Assembly (NCBI GenBank): GCA_024626585.2
Contig: JANKJI020000002.1
Coordinates: forward strand, 232,231,412-232,249,650
Length of the DNA stretch: 18,239 nucleotides
DNA from: Ginkgo biloba
Lineage: Eukaryota > Plantae > Ginkgophyta
Reading direction: 5' to 3'
Shown here: piece by piece, positions 1-10,985 of the stretch
Position numbering within the stretch: the stretch's first letter is position 1
How the letters are laid out: each line of letters opens with the position of its first letter
The notes under the pieces: generated by a model
Database searches by the model: none
What the model was told of the DNA's origin: nothing
What the model saw: only the letters and a program-made list of their open reading frames with translations
Translations under genes and position numbers: made by a program

Positions 1-1774
1 TGGGACACCTCCTCATCCATCTTCATGGGGGCTAATGTAGATACCAAGAAGTTAAAGGAAGTTGATGGTTATGCTGAGGTAATTTCTTAAGTAACCTCTC
101 GAACCATCAGATAAAAGGAAGATTTATGCATTGTAAAGTCACATTGGGTTGAAATGCATATAAGGATGTTCATTCTATTCATTGTTTGATTGGCTTTCTA
201 AATGCACATTTCACAATATGGGAATGTATAGAGTCTGACAAACAAATCAACAATTATACAATGAATAAGAAACAATAGTCAAACTCCCACAATGAATGAA
301 GGTGGTCGACTAACGACTGTATAAGCACAAAAAAATAGGTTGTCCAAAGACAACTGCCCAAAGACAACAGAAATATCCCATAGGGGTCAAAACTTGAAAA
401 TGCAGATTAAAGATAATAACCTAACAAGCACAGAAAGAAATGCACCAATTAAATAAGACAGCTTGGATACAGCATATTGCTAAAATATCTAGGGCTTAAT
501 ATAAAAGGGATGAAGTAGAGATGCACACGTGGCAAACTAAAATGTAAAGAATTCTAACATTGGAGTGCTCAAAATCCACTAGAAAATCCAGAAGTTAGGT
601 GCAAAAATTTACAAATAAGTGAGAACAATCATATGAATGGAAAGCAGGTACGAAGCCAAAAATTAAGAATTGGATCAGAACAAAGAAGATAAATCATAAA
701 ATGAAAACAGCAAATTAGAAGCCAGATTTGGACATGCAGGCTGAAACCATCAGAGTGAAGGAGCAGGAAGCCACCAGATTAGAACTTCCATAAAGGAGGC
801 ATGAAAACAAACAACAAGCTGCTACCCTGTAAATTTTTTGTTAGCAAAGTCAATCCAACTGCAACCAAGAATACCACCAGGTCTACATCACAAATAGTAG
901 AAAGCTTTGTAAGGTGCATCTTATAGTAGCAATAATAGTTCTAGCAAACTTTGTAGCACAACAATTCTGTCATTGCAATCAGCGCATAGCTTGATCGGAT
1001 GAACCAGGAAACAGTTTTGAAAGTACGCCAAACTATACAGTTGAAACAAGTGAATAAGCAATAAATCACGACCAAGAGTAAGATTAAAAGCCTACCCCAC
1101 TCAAGTAATTTGCTCTTGAGATAGATGTATGCAGCTAATCAGTATTTTGATTACTCAGACTAAGTGTTCCTGACAAAATGGTCATTTGCACATCAAAGAT
1201 ATATAAATATTGGGGTGAGAGTCAACATGGTAAAAAGACATTGAGTCTAATTGTACACCTTGAACAGATGACAATTCCACTTCCATATGTTGTGTCTATG
1301 TGCTGGAAGCAAACACGTATAATGCAATGAAAATACAGTGGAATGGTGGAAAAGGACATCCATAGAGAGTATAACTTGATGCTTTGAAAGATGGATTATG
1401 GAATCAACACATATCAATAGGATTCTACTCACCAAAAACATATTGATAAACAAAGCAAAGAGTTACAGACTATTCAGTAGGGTTTTCATCAAAGAAGCAA
1501 CGCTACAAAAAGATATATTGAATGTATTTTTCTATTCCCATTATCCATATATATTATGATAAAATATCAAAAGTAATTTCCACATCCGTAACCATACAAC
1601 TCAAAAAGAACATAATTGAAAAGGCCCTCTGATTGGATTGTATCTTTGAACACAAGGATCTCTATGTTAGCAATCAACAAGTCTTCCGGGTTTGGCAGTC
1701 ATAACAAAGCTTTCATTTGTCACACGAGAAAGTAATGTAAAACTGAAAACATAATACACAAGTGTCAATCTTAC
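1..1774 (-). other. Intron downstream of the nardilysin-like exon (continues beyond window)
   Basis: Starts at GTAAGA donor (1774-1769). The expected next exon (AS.AKLETS...KLELKVYGFN) was not found in 1-1774. The minus strand is T-rich, as expected for a plant intron. Confidence 0.7.
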
Positions 1775-2154
1775 CTGATATAGTGTCTCGTTAAGGGCGT
1801 CCCTGAGAAGGTTCACATATAATTCAAAGAGAACACAAGACCTTACATTCTTGTATGCCTCTTTCAAAGTTATCAAGAAGTAGGTATTTGCTCGAGGAAC
1901 ATTAAAGGTTCGATCAAGCTTATACCAAAGTTTGATCAATGGATCATCAATGATACATTTTGGAATGTCCAAGTTCTCCTGTATCTTCAAGTTACTTAGG
2001 TTTCTAATAGAAAAATCACATGGAATGAACTCATTCTTCATTGGCAAATGCAAAGTTGGGTCTATGACAGGGGGGTTCTTCCAAATTTCCATAAGCGTAG
2101 ATGGAATATTTTCTATAAGATAGGGTACACTGAACCACGGCTCATACTGGACAC
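1775..2154 (-). CDS. Internal exon of a nardilysin-like zinc metallopeptidase (peptidase M16/insulinase family; similar to Arabidopsis At1g06900 as I recall it)
   Basis: Stop-free frame VQYEPWFSVPYLIENIPSTLMEIWKNPPVIDPTLHLPMKNEFIPCDFSIR...PKCIIDDPLIKLWYKLDRTFNVPRANTYFLITLKEAYKNVRSCVLFELYVNLLRDALNETLYQ. It matches the middle region of plant nardilysin-like proteins (EPWF..Y, LHLP.KNEFIPCDFSIR, WYKLD.TF.VPRANTYF, LL.D.LNE..YQ) from memory. Minus-strand acceptor cttctttatgcAG|GT at 2155/2154 (phase 1) and donor TATCAG|GTAAGA at 1775/1774 (phase 0). Similarity stops at both splice sites, so the ends of ORF 1667..2206 are intronic. Confidence 0.93.
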
Positions 2155-2210
2155 CTGCATAAAGAAGATTATAATAACTACTCAGACAGTGATAGCTTTG
2201 CAACAAATCA

Positions 2211-2460
2211 GATCAAACATATGATATTGATGCAGATAAGAGAATTGTCGATGCATTCAGTAATTAAAGTAGATCAAGCATATATCCTCATCACTCACTT
2301 CTTGCAAATAATAAGACTACTGTGGCTTGATTCAATCATTCCAAAACATCAAACATATATCCTCTCAGTTACTCATTTTCCGTAAGCAAGAGAATCATGA
2401 GAGCATTTAGTTACCCATTGACATTAACAATATATGCTCTTCACCGCTCATTTCTTTGAC
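2211..2460. repeat. Degenerate tandem repeat, ~61-75 bp unit, 3-4 copies
   Basis: Units start near 2211 (gatcaaacatatg), 2272 (gatcaagcatatatcctcatcactcactt), 2347 (catcaaacatatatcctctcagttactcattt) and 2421 (cattaacaatatatgctcttcaccgctcattt). Units 1 and 3 share the tail aagagaat....gcatt.agt. Confidence 0.55.
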
Positions 2461-2501
2461 ATCAAATGTATACCCTATTCAACTCTCAATCTGCAACTAT
2501 T

Positions 2502-2591
2502 AAGAAATTTGTGAGTGATCGTGATACCAAATTCACTAATCATGTTTGGACATATATCTTTAAAGAATTAGGGTCTCAATTGAATTTCAAC
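2502..2591 (+). mobile_element. Tiny Ty3/gypsy integrase catalytic-core fragment
   Basis: KKFVSDRDTKFTNHVWTYIFKELGSQLNFN matches the gypsy integrase motif IVSDRD.KFTS.FW..LF..LGT.LNFS around the second catalytic Asp. Similarity is lost on both sides. Confidence 0.8.
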
Positions 2592-3865
2592 AATTATGCC
2601 AATGTTGGATCTGTGACTCTACAAGCTTTAAACAAAATATTTCTTCCAAGTCAGAAGTATAGAAAGAAATTTCTGGGACCGAAATTGATTAAATAAAAAG
2701 CAAGCACAGTATAAAATATCTCATTATTAAGCTTGAAAAAGAATGATTTAGAACAGAGACAAAGAAAAGATCCAAGATGAAGCTAAATATGTCTTTCATT
2801 GGCTATTGGCACCAAGCATTTGACATACCATAACCTGGCACAACACAAGCACAGGTTGTAACTCTCAAAAACTCCTCCACATGGGAGCTCAGGGGAGCTG
2901 CTCCTGACANNNNNNNNNNNNNNNNNNNNNNNNNNNNNNNNNNNNNNNNNNNNNNNNNNNNNNNNNNNNNNNNNNNNNNNNNNNNNNNNNNNNNNNNNNN
3001 NNNNNNNNNCCCTAATAGCTACCTTGACCTACATGCGACCGCTATACAACTTAGGCTCTAACTTAATACTAAGTTGTACTTTTACAAAAGTAGACATTAA
3101 AGTCTAACACTATGCAAGGTTGTGCCTAGATTGTTTTACATATATAGAGTTTGTTGGGGGCTTGAGCAACGCTATTATCATCATTTAAAGCATCCAGCTA
3201 AGGTTCCTTGATTCCTACTATCATTTTTTTGCATTCACGTCAATTTTTGGTTAAACAATAGAGCACCATACTTCTTACAGACATCTTTTTGAAGGAGTTT
3301 TCTATCTCTGAGCATTTGAACACAGTCATCTAAATAGGGTGTCTCATTCTAGAGGTTTTATCTAGACAAAGGACATCACTGAACACTGTTAGAGACCCCA
3401 GAGGGTGATGGAGGCATATCCAGAGGGATGTCTGGAAGTTTTGAGCAAGGTAGAACCCATCTCAAGGTTTCTTAGTAGGGTGCTTCACTTTTGGATTGTG
3501 GATAAAGTCATTTTCATCCACAAAGCCATTTTGCATTATCAATAGAAGCATTTCATCCAAGTAAGCGGTAAATCTACGAGTAATTTGATAAATCCTAATA
3601 CTCAACAATTTTCAAACAAGCTAGCTTCGCAATAGGTGGAGTTAACTAATTACAAGAACGATGGCAACCTTCACAACAAATGAAGGTAGAAACTTATCAT
3701 AAAAACATTTATTATTCTGATTTCCTCCCATAAAAACAAATTACATGACTTGTATCAAAATCCCCGACTTACATCATATCAATTGTACATAAATGGATCT
3801 TTACACAAAATTTACAACAAAGTACATAGAAAAACAGAGCAAATGATGAGACTGGAAATGTTTCA

Positions 3866-4266
3866 TCATAACCCACATGGCTCCTTGTTTTTGTCTAATG
3901 GAACCATTAGCTTGGTTCTTCCTTGCTCAAACATGAATCTTTCTTTTTTTAGATTATTGGATGTTGTCATAGACTTGATATATGGTCTTCCCAATAATGC
4001 TCTATAAGAATCATCTCTTTTTGGCAAGTCAATAAAAATAGCTTCTATCACCATGTCCTTGAACTAGAACTTTGCTTCATATTTTCTTCCTCTAAGAGTA
4101 ATAGTGAATTTCTCTACTACTTTTATCAGTACTCTCAGCTCCTTCAACATCAAGAATCCTATTACTTCCATAACTCCACAGAAAGGATATATAATTGTAA
4201 TCCACAGTCTACTATTGCATCCACGACAACAATCCCTTCAATAGTAGCTGAAGTAATAGGTCCATT
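3866..4266 (-). mobile_element. Degenerate Ty3/gypsy aspartic protease (retropepsin) pseudogene
   Basis: Minus frames give GPITSATIEGIVVVDAIVDCGLQLYILSVELWK (active-site-like IVD.G; Asp at 4207-4209). After stops and a frameshift comes IEAIFIDLPKRDDSYRALLGRPYIK, the LLGRP motif of retropepsin C-termini. Confidence 0.75.
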
Positions 4267-5963
4267 GTCCTTGAACTTAGTGACTGCAGAGACTTCATTA
4301 TTTTATCCTTTGACTGATATAGCAAAATGGCAACATGATTAGTCCTCCTAGCCTTAGACAATGCATCCCTCTTTCTTTAATTTGCTTTACCTACCATTTC
4401 TAATGTTTATGTAGAGCTTTCTTATAAGTCTTGTGGCCTCCTTGCATGAGAAGATCTTAGACCAACAAGTCTACATTCTACACTTGTTGAAAGGCATAAG
4501 CCAATTTGCTTGAGAGTCGTTTGACTCTTCTTACATTTTCTTTAATATTTTGTTGGAAATTCCTATGCTCATGAAATGTTGCATGAGAAGGATAAATATA
4601 GGCATATGTTCTGTTGTATCCTAGAAGGCATTTTGGGCAATTTTGTGTTTTCTTCTTCTCATTGCCCTTCCTAACCCAAACTTAAGGAGAATCTTAGGAA
4701 GGAATTTAACCTATATAATATTCTTTTGTAACTTTTCTCACATTACAAATTGCTTGGCATGTGAAGATGTGTTGGTAGCCATCTTGCATTGCCTCAAAGG
4801 TAAGAAGATTAGTGTAACATTTGGAGAAAAGGTTGCAATAGCTGTAGTTCTTGGGAATGCTTATTGAGTTGGTGCAAGACTACTACTGGGATTTGTAGCC
4901 AATCTCTTACCTACATCTTCTTTTTCTTATTTCGAACCTTTTGCTTCTTGATACTTTGTCTCCTATTTTTATAACCATCCACCTTTAAAGCTTTGATGTT
5001 CTTCATTCCAACTATTACAAGCCTTTGGTTGATCCTTCTCTCCAACCTTTATTCTTTTTGAACTTGCTGCTTTGCTTTATTCTTTCAAAGCTTCAAATTT
5101 GAAATATCTGAAGTCTACTGTTTGATTTTTTGCTTCGATGTGAGTTCTTGAGACTTCTTGATGATTCTTTATGACCTTTATCTCATCGTGAGAGAGAGAG
5201 AGAGAAAGAGAGAGAGGCATAACCTTTTTTAAAACTTTTAGTACAATCTTTTAATGCTTGTATGACTTTAACTTTAATCTTTCCAAACTCTTTGCATTGC
5301 ATCCAAATCTCCTTTTACAGCTTACTTACAGTTCTATGCCAAAACTTTCTTGAAACGTGAAAGATTTCTAATGCCCTTTCTTCAATTGTCATTTTTTAGG
5401 GGGTTTGCTTCATACACACAAATTACTACTAGCTTCACACTATTAATGGAATTTCAGCCCTGTTAGGCTCGAATCACTAAGATTTTGTGGAGTCTTTAGA
5501 GTTTTCTTGGATCTTCACAACATTCTTCAATATTTTATTTGATTCTTTAAATTTCCCATAGATCTTTGGAATTTGCAAACTCTTTCATACCATATTTTAA
5601 TCTTTCTCAAGCTATGAAAAAATTCTCTTTCCAAGGTTTTTATCCTGTCCACCGATACTAACGTTCTAGATCTTGGTCTACTCTCCCCCTCAAACTTTAA
5701 AGACTTGTACATCATGAGATCTTGAACACTATTCACTTTAGCTTTCAATTCTTTAGGTGGTTCTTCAACTTTCTAAGCAAACCTTCTGAAATTTTGCTAA
5801 TGGTTGTTTGTAGTCTAATTCTATTAAATTTTCTAAAGCTTATCAGTATCTTACAATTCCTAGCTGAGTTTTTAAGCTCCAAAAGGAGTTACCAGACCCT
5901 ATCTGTCAGAAAAACAACTGCTGAACCATTCACTGTAAGTTCAAAACCTTTATTCTCAGCCAT
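4267..5963 (-). mobile_element. Probable decayed gag/ORF1 region of the same retroelement
   Basis: Lies immediately 5' of the protease on the minus strand, is A/G-rich, and gives broken Lys/Glu-rich frames (e.g. ORF 5527..5748). A candidate ATG lies at 5963-5961. No diagnostic gag motif was recognised, so the call is positional. Confidence 0.4.
5190..5216. repeat. (GA)n microsatellite, ~13 units, one interruption
   Basis: gagagagagagagagaaagagagagag read directly. Confidence 0.95.
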
Positions 5964-7234
5964 GGTGTGGTCAAGATAATAATTGCAATACATGTTAAAG
6001 GAATATACCTGACCAAATATAGTCCCAAATCCTTACAATCAACTAAGATTAAAAGACATTCACATGATACGAATGCTTCTAGGCTAACAATACAAATTTC
6101 ACCACAACACCCTACAAGGTTTGATCGTATAGCAATTGAATGTTAGAATGGAAGCTCTCTGAAGTGCAGGGAAATTCTCTGAGAGATGACATTCTCGCCA
6201 AAACCTTTGTAGAAAGTCTTCGTTATAGCATAACACCTAAGTAGAAGGGTGAATATAAAGAGTGACCTCTACCTTCCAGCATAATAATGACAATATGAGA
6301 AACAAATGTCACTCTGACCTTTTAAGATAACTTTTATAGGTCAACGATGTCACAGACTAGGATAGGGTAAAGGCTAGGCAGGAATACTATTGGGTGGAGA
6401 TGGATTATGTGGTGGACCTTGCAAGGGAGGAAAATTTTGAGGAGATGNNNNNNNNNNNNNNNNNNNNNNNNNNNNNNNNNNNNNNNNNNNNNNNNNNNNN
6501 NNNNNNNNNNNNNNNNNNNNNNNNNNNNNNNNNNNNNNNNNNNNNNNAAAAAACCAGAGAGTCATTTGGGCCCATTAGCCCTAGCAAAGACCTACAAGAA
6601 AAGCCAGTATGGACCACATGATAACCCAAATCAATGTTGCATTGAGTCCATTTGTGAATCCCGAGTTAAAACTGCAACTGTTACCTATTTAAAGACCATA
6701 TGAGATCATTATGACATCATATTTTGAACTCATGAAAACTGAAAGCGACGGGTGTAAGAACAAAAGGGGAAGTGTTTCAACGAAGTTGTACAATATAAAA
6801 GAAAATTCTTCTATAAGGTAAAATGTCTGATCTGATGCTGAAATTTTCCATTTATTAGTACTTGTTGCAAGTTTCAAGGAGATCATATTGCAACACGTGC
6901 AGGGTAAAATATTCTACGTCAACCATAGGATTTTGACTCCAATTAATGCAGTAGGACAATCAACAAGGAGAAGGGACAAACTGAAATTAAATGGACCACA
7001 TTTATGAAAAAATAAATGAAGGCCAAACACTAACTTTAATATGCACGACTTGCAGAAATACAGGAAACAGTCAAAAATCAGCAGTTGACCATAATCGTGG
7101 ACTAGAATGAAGGCAGTCCTACAGTNNNNNNNNNNNNNNNNNNNNNNNNNNNGCAAGTAGGTCAATTCCACTTAGTAAATGATAGTGGACTGTTTTGAGG
7201 CATAATTCTGAAGGCTGAAGGAGAATTTAGGGGA

Positions 7235-7897
7235 TGTACAACCCAAATTAAATGCAGCATGGCCTACGACCTGCAATAAATGGCCTACAATGAGTTTGGC
7301 TTTCTACCCTTATCTTCTTAATTGCTCGGAATTTGACTTTCATAATGATAGTGACTTATAGAGAACATAATTGCATTTTATTGCATATTTGTAGATACCG
7401 TGATAAATGCATCATAATTTTGCAACAGTAATATTGAATGGAAATATGACCTTGAAACCAGATTGTGACATGATAATGAAAGAGCGTCATCAGATCTCTG
7501 ACTTGTGTTTTGTGTGATTAACCCTGCAGGTTGGGTAGCTATCTAGACTAACATCCTTTATTGGACGAGGTCTTAAGGGACATCGGCCTTTTTGGCTGGA
7601 TAGGGTAGCCCTGTTGACAATGGACATGTATGGCCTATAGGAGACATAGATATCATATAAACATTGGGCAGGTAGTGGAGATTGCTTGGCATGTAAGGCT
7701 TGTGTAAGCATTGCTACCACATATGGGCTATACGTAAATATAGACATTAACATGGTGGTGGCAAATATTGACTGGGTATCCATAGGCCTTACGTGGTGGC
7801 AATGAATATTGACAGTGGGTCACAACCACTAGGAATCAGGAGTCTTATATTATGTATATTGACCACAGTACAAGCACTGTTTATATAGGCTCTTACA
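7235..7897 (+). mobile_element. Possible LTR-like segment
   Basis: Starts TGTACAACCC directly after a purine-rich tract (aaggagaatttagggga) and ends ...GGCTCTTACA. The body is non-coding and more GC-rich, with a short direct repeat gtggtggcaa(tga)atattgac (~7765, ~7793). No matching target-site duplication. Confidence 0.3.
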
Positions 7898-9379
7898 AGA
7901 GTGAATAGGGGGTGGAACAAAGGAAGCCCTGAACAGCTACCACATGCCACCTCTCTAAAGTCTCATGTTTCTTGTGTTTTGATTTGCCACTAATTCCTCC
8001 TCTTACTGAAGCAACTTTCTCTTCCTTATTAGTCAACTATTTCCTGGGTTCCTTGCCTCTATTAGCCACATTTCCTGCTCTATCCTAGGGTGCAAAATTC
8101 ATTGCCACAAGTAAAACCTTGCCAAATTCACAATCTATTTCTTTTCCAACAACCATAAATTTGATTGGATGAAGCCCCTTGGCTACTACTAACAATTTGG
8201 TACTACCTAAATCTATTAAATTGATTTTTTAAAACAATAACAACTTGAAACTTGGAAGTATACATAAATAAATAGTGCACACAAGCTAATCAGCATATTA
8301 TAACAACTAGTTGACTGATAGAGTCACTGCTTTCCAAGTCTGCACTCTGGAAATCAGCAGGCTCTTTGCCTCTTTTTTCATTCTCTTATCACTAACATCA
8401 GGTCAGACAGTTATGTATTTCTTCCTAGACTCATGTCAGAGAAGAAAAGAAGAATGTTGTTTTCAAACTCTAAAAGAGGCTTGTTGTTTTCACCAAACTC
8501 TCTGTAATTTTTTGCTATTTCCAATTTAAACCAAAAAAAAACAAAAGNNNNNNNNNNNNNNNNNNNNNNATTTGCTCCTATAAATCTCCCTTCATGTTGT
8601 TCGCAATCAACATGCCCATATAGGATTCCATCTGTAATGTGGTTATGACGAGTATATCTACGACCAGCCCCTATTGCTAACCTCCTAGCACTTGGTTTTT
8701 GAGTATAGCTCACAAAAGCACCCATTGAAATTGAAAGAGCTTCCATAAACTATATCCATCAACTTGCTAATAATGTGACTGTTAGGCCTTTAACCCCTTG
8801 CTCCCCTTTCCATTATTGATTCCCGGGATAGTTCTNNNNNNNNNNNNNNNNNNNNNNNNNNNNNNNNNNNNNNNNNNNNNNNNNNNNNNNNNNNNNNNNN
8901 NNNNNNNNNNNNNNNNNNNNNNNNNNNNNNNNNNNTAAGTAAACCATGCATTGCAGATATTTAGACATGTTAATTTATGGTATATTTGATAGTGAAATGC
9001 ATTATTTATAGCTTACTAGCAAAGGCACTGTTAGACCAGGGTCAATTTGCAGCGGGGACCTTAACCACCTTCTGTTAGCCATTGAATCTGCCCATTGGAC
9101 CTTACTAATGTGGACAATCAAACCTGTGGCACACAAATGTAACCGCCAGTTCCTAGTGGCTATTAGCGATCCGTTAGACTCCACAACCCTACATTAATAA
9201 AGATGCCAGGCAAAAGTCTCTTGCAACCACGCTTTGGCACCAGAGTAGCCGTAGACAGCTAGCGTATCAACACCTACTAGCAATTAATGGTTTTTTGTGT
9301 GATAATACTCAAGGGCTACACCACTAGAACTAGTCCAGAAACCCTACTATTACGAACCCTTAGGATAGTACCATTTATT

Positions 9380-9487
9380 CTGAAAAATAGAGCATGGACG
9401 GACGGATGGACTATCATGGAAGATACAACATGGATGGGTGAATGGACTCTCATGGACGATAGAGCATAGATGGACCAATGGACTCTT
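9380..9487. repeat. 36-bp tandem repeat, 3 copies
   Basis: ctgaaaaatagagcatggacggacggatggactatc (9380-9415), atggaagatacaacatggatgggtgaatggactctc (9416-9451), atggacgatagagcatagatggaccaatggactctt (9452-9487). Confidence 0.85.
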
Positions 9488-9580
9488 CAAGAAGAAAGGA
9501 TGCAAAAGGTATAGGTAACAAGAAGTACTAGTAGTTAAGCAAAGTTTCGAAAAACATCGCTAGTGACATCCAAACAAATG

Positions 9581-9940
9581 GGAGGAAAAAGCCAGACAGC
9601 CTGTTCTCGATAGCTTGGAGGAAAAAACGGATGGCCTGCTCTGAACAACTACGAGAAAAAAATTAGATTGCCTACCGCAAAAGGTTTGGACGAACAAAAC
9701 TTGACGGTCTATTTCGAATGGCTCAAAGGAAAAAGCCAACAACCTATCCCGAACGACTCGAAAGAAAAAGTCGAACGACTTGATCCGGACAACTCGGAGG
9801 AAGAAACGAGACGGCTTGTCCAAGAAGGCTCGGAAGAAAAAGTCAAAAGGCCTGTTCCGGATGGCTTTAGAGAAAGAAACAGGACGGCCTATTTCGGACA
9901 ACTCGAAGTAAATTGTTGGACAACCTATTCCACATGGCTT
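9581..9940. repeat. ~36-bp minisatellite, ~10 diverged copies
   Basis: Units start near 9581, 9617, 9653, 9688, 9725, 9760, 9796, 9832, 9869 and 9905. Approximate consensus GGAGGAAAAAGYCGGACGGCCTGTYCCGGACRRCTC. It explains the 12-residue periodicity of ORFs 9560..9952 and 9668..10090. Confidence 0.9.
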
Positions 9941-10352
9941 AGAGTGATTCATTTTAGGGGAGAGAATTTTACAGAGCTATGTTGTCCAACTTTTTCTAGA
10001 AGTTTATTTTCAATCTCATTCTATTATTGCATCACTTTGGCCTCCTTTTTCTTCTTTAGGCCTAGTTTTCTCACTTCAAGTCTCTTTTAGGCTTTATAGT
10101 ATGCATATTACATACCATTGCAGACCTGAACCTAGTTTCAACATTCTACTCCCATACTAGTTACCTAATTTGCCTCATCCATCCAATGTTTTATTGTAGG
10201 TTCATGATTAGATTCAATCTTAGAGGCTCGCAAAGTAATTTGAGCATTGAAGNNNNNNNNNNNNNNNNNNNNNNNNNNNNNNNNNNNNNNNNNNNNNNNN
10301 NNNNNNNNNNNNNNNNNNNNNNNNNNNNNNNNNNNNNNNNNNNNNNNNNNNN

Positions 10353-10985
10353 ATTTGTCTTAGGGCATGGCAACTAGGGAAGGGGCTAGCACCCATTAGA
10401 CTTCAGAGATGGTATGGTGCTCTGGGGTTGTGTTAGCACACCATAGTGGAGACTACTATTCTTCTCAACCTTGTGTTTAGTGTAGTTAGAGTGCCTCAGT
10501 GCATGATCTATCAAGAAGAGGGGTATCTCAATTACTTAGAGAGATGACCCTAGTGCTTAAAAGGACGCTTGGAACCTATTACCTTAGCACTCTTCCTAGC
10601 TATAAGGGGGGGACTCNNNNNNNNNNTTGGGGTTGGCAGTTCACCTTTATGGTGTCGTAGGTTTGCGTTGGTAACTAAGATTAAGTCCTCTAGGGGGTCC
10701 TTATGGCCAACAATGGTAGTGTATGTATGGATCAATATCCTAACCCCTATCCTAATAGTTCAACCTTGACTCCTAAGCACTTGTGCATGAGTTTGTATAA
10801 ATGAATGTCTATGTATACATGCTAAACTGTTTTAATGATAGCAGTACTTGTGCTATGCACTTTTATGTTTATTGAGTCGATGTGCATTACGATAGAAAGA
10901 AGGGTTTGCTCATTCATTTGCTTCTTATTACATCTTTGAGTGAATTAACTTAGTTAGGTTTTGGGATAAAGGTTGGACAGTTACA
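10353..10985. mobile_element. LTR-like segment whose terminus (…GGACAGTTACA, i.e. TGTAAC on -) abuts the integrase remnant; probable nested insertion
   Basis: Integrase-like translation on the minus strand runs to ~10986, then switches to TGTAACTGTCC, a typical gypsy LTR terminus (TGTAAC...GTTACA). The segment is non-coding and its other end falls in the 100-N gap at 10253-10352. Confidence 0.45.

Noticed and set aside
1-90. Plus-strand exon-like frame WDTSSSIFMGANVDTKKLKEVDGYAE|GTAATT
   Set aside because: Too short, cut by the window edge, antisense to the host gene and not assignable to a family.
341-368. 14-bp tandem duplication tgyccaaagacaac x2
   Set aside because: Real but a trivial slippage product with no evidence of function.
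1247-1453. Next nardilysin exon (ends ...LFK|GT, like the expected RFK|V junction)
   Set aside because: The upstream translation (HRHNIWKWNCH) does not resemble AS.AKLE...VYGFN in the frames checked, and the donor GTGTAC is weak.
2857-3140. Solo LTR TGTAAC...TTTTACA across the first gap
   Set aside because: Flanks (caggt / tatat) do not form a target-site duplication and the gap size is unknown.
6374-7171. Cluster of ORFs containing X runs (likewise at 10186-10769, 11851-12036, 14448-14810, 16243-16578)
   Set aside because: Artefacts of N gaps suppressing stop codons.
8411-8746. 111-aa minus-strand ORF
   Set aside because: Spans an N-run joining compositionally different segments. No motif recognised in the six frames of 8570-8835.
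9235-9246. tRNA-Met PBS-like TGGCACCAGAGT
   Set aside because: Three mismatches to TGGTATCAGAGC, not preceded by an LTR-terminal CA, and no gag follows.
9581-9940. CRISPR-like array (36-bp period, dyad core)
   Set aside because: Units are contiguous and mutually similar along their whole length, with no unique spacers. There are no cas genes and the context is eukaryotic.
9560-10090. ORFs of 130 aa (-) and 140 aa (+) as genes
   Set aside because: They overlap on opposite strands and are explained by a 36-bp repeat lacking stops. No recognisable domain or splice structure.
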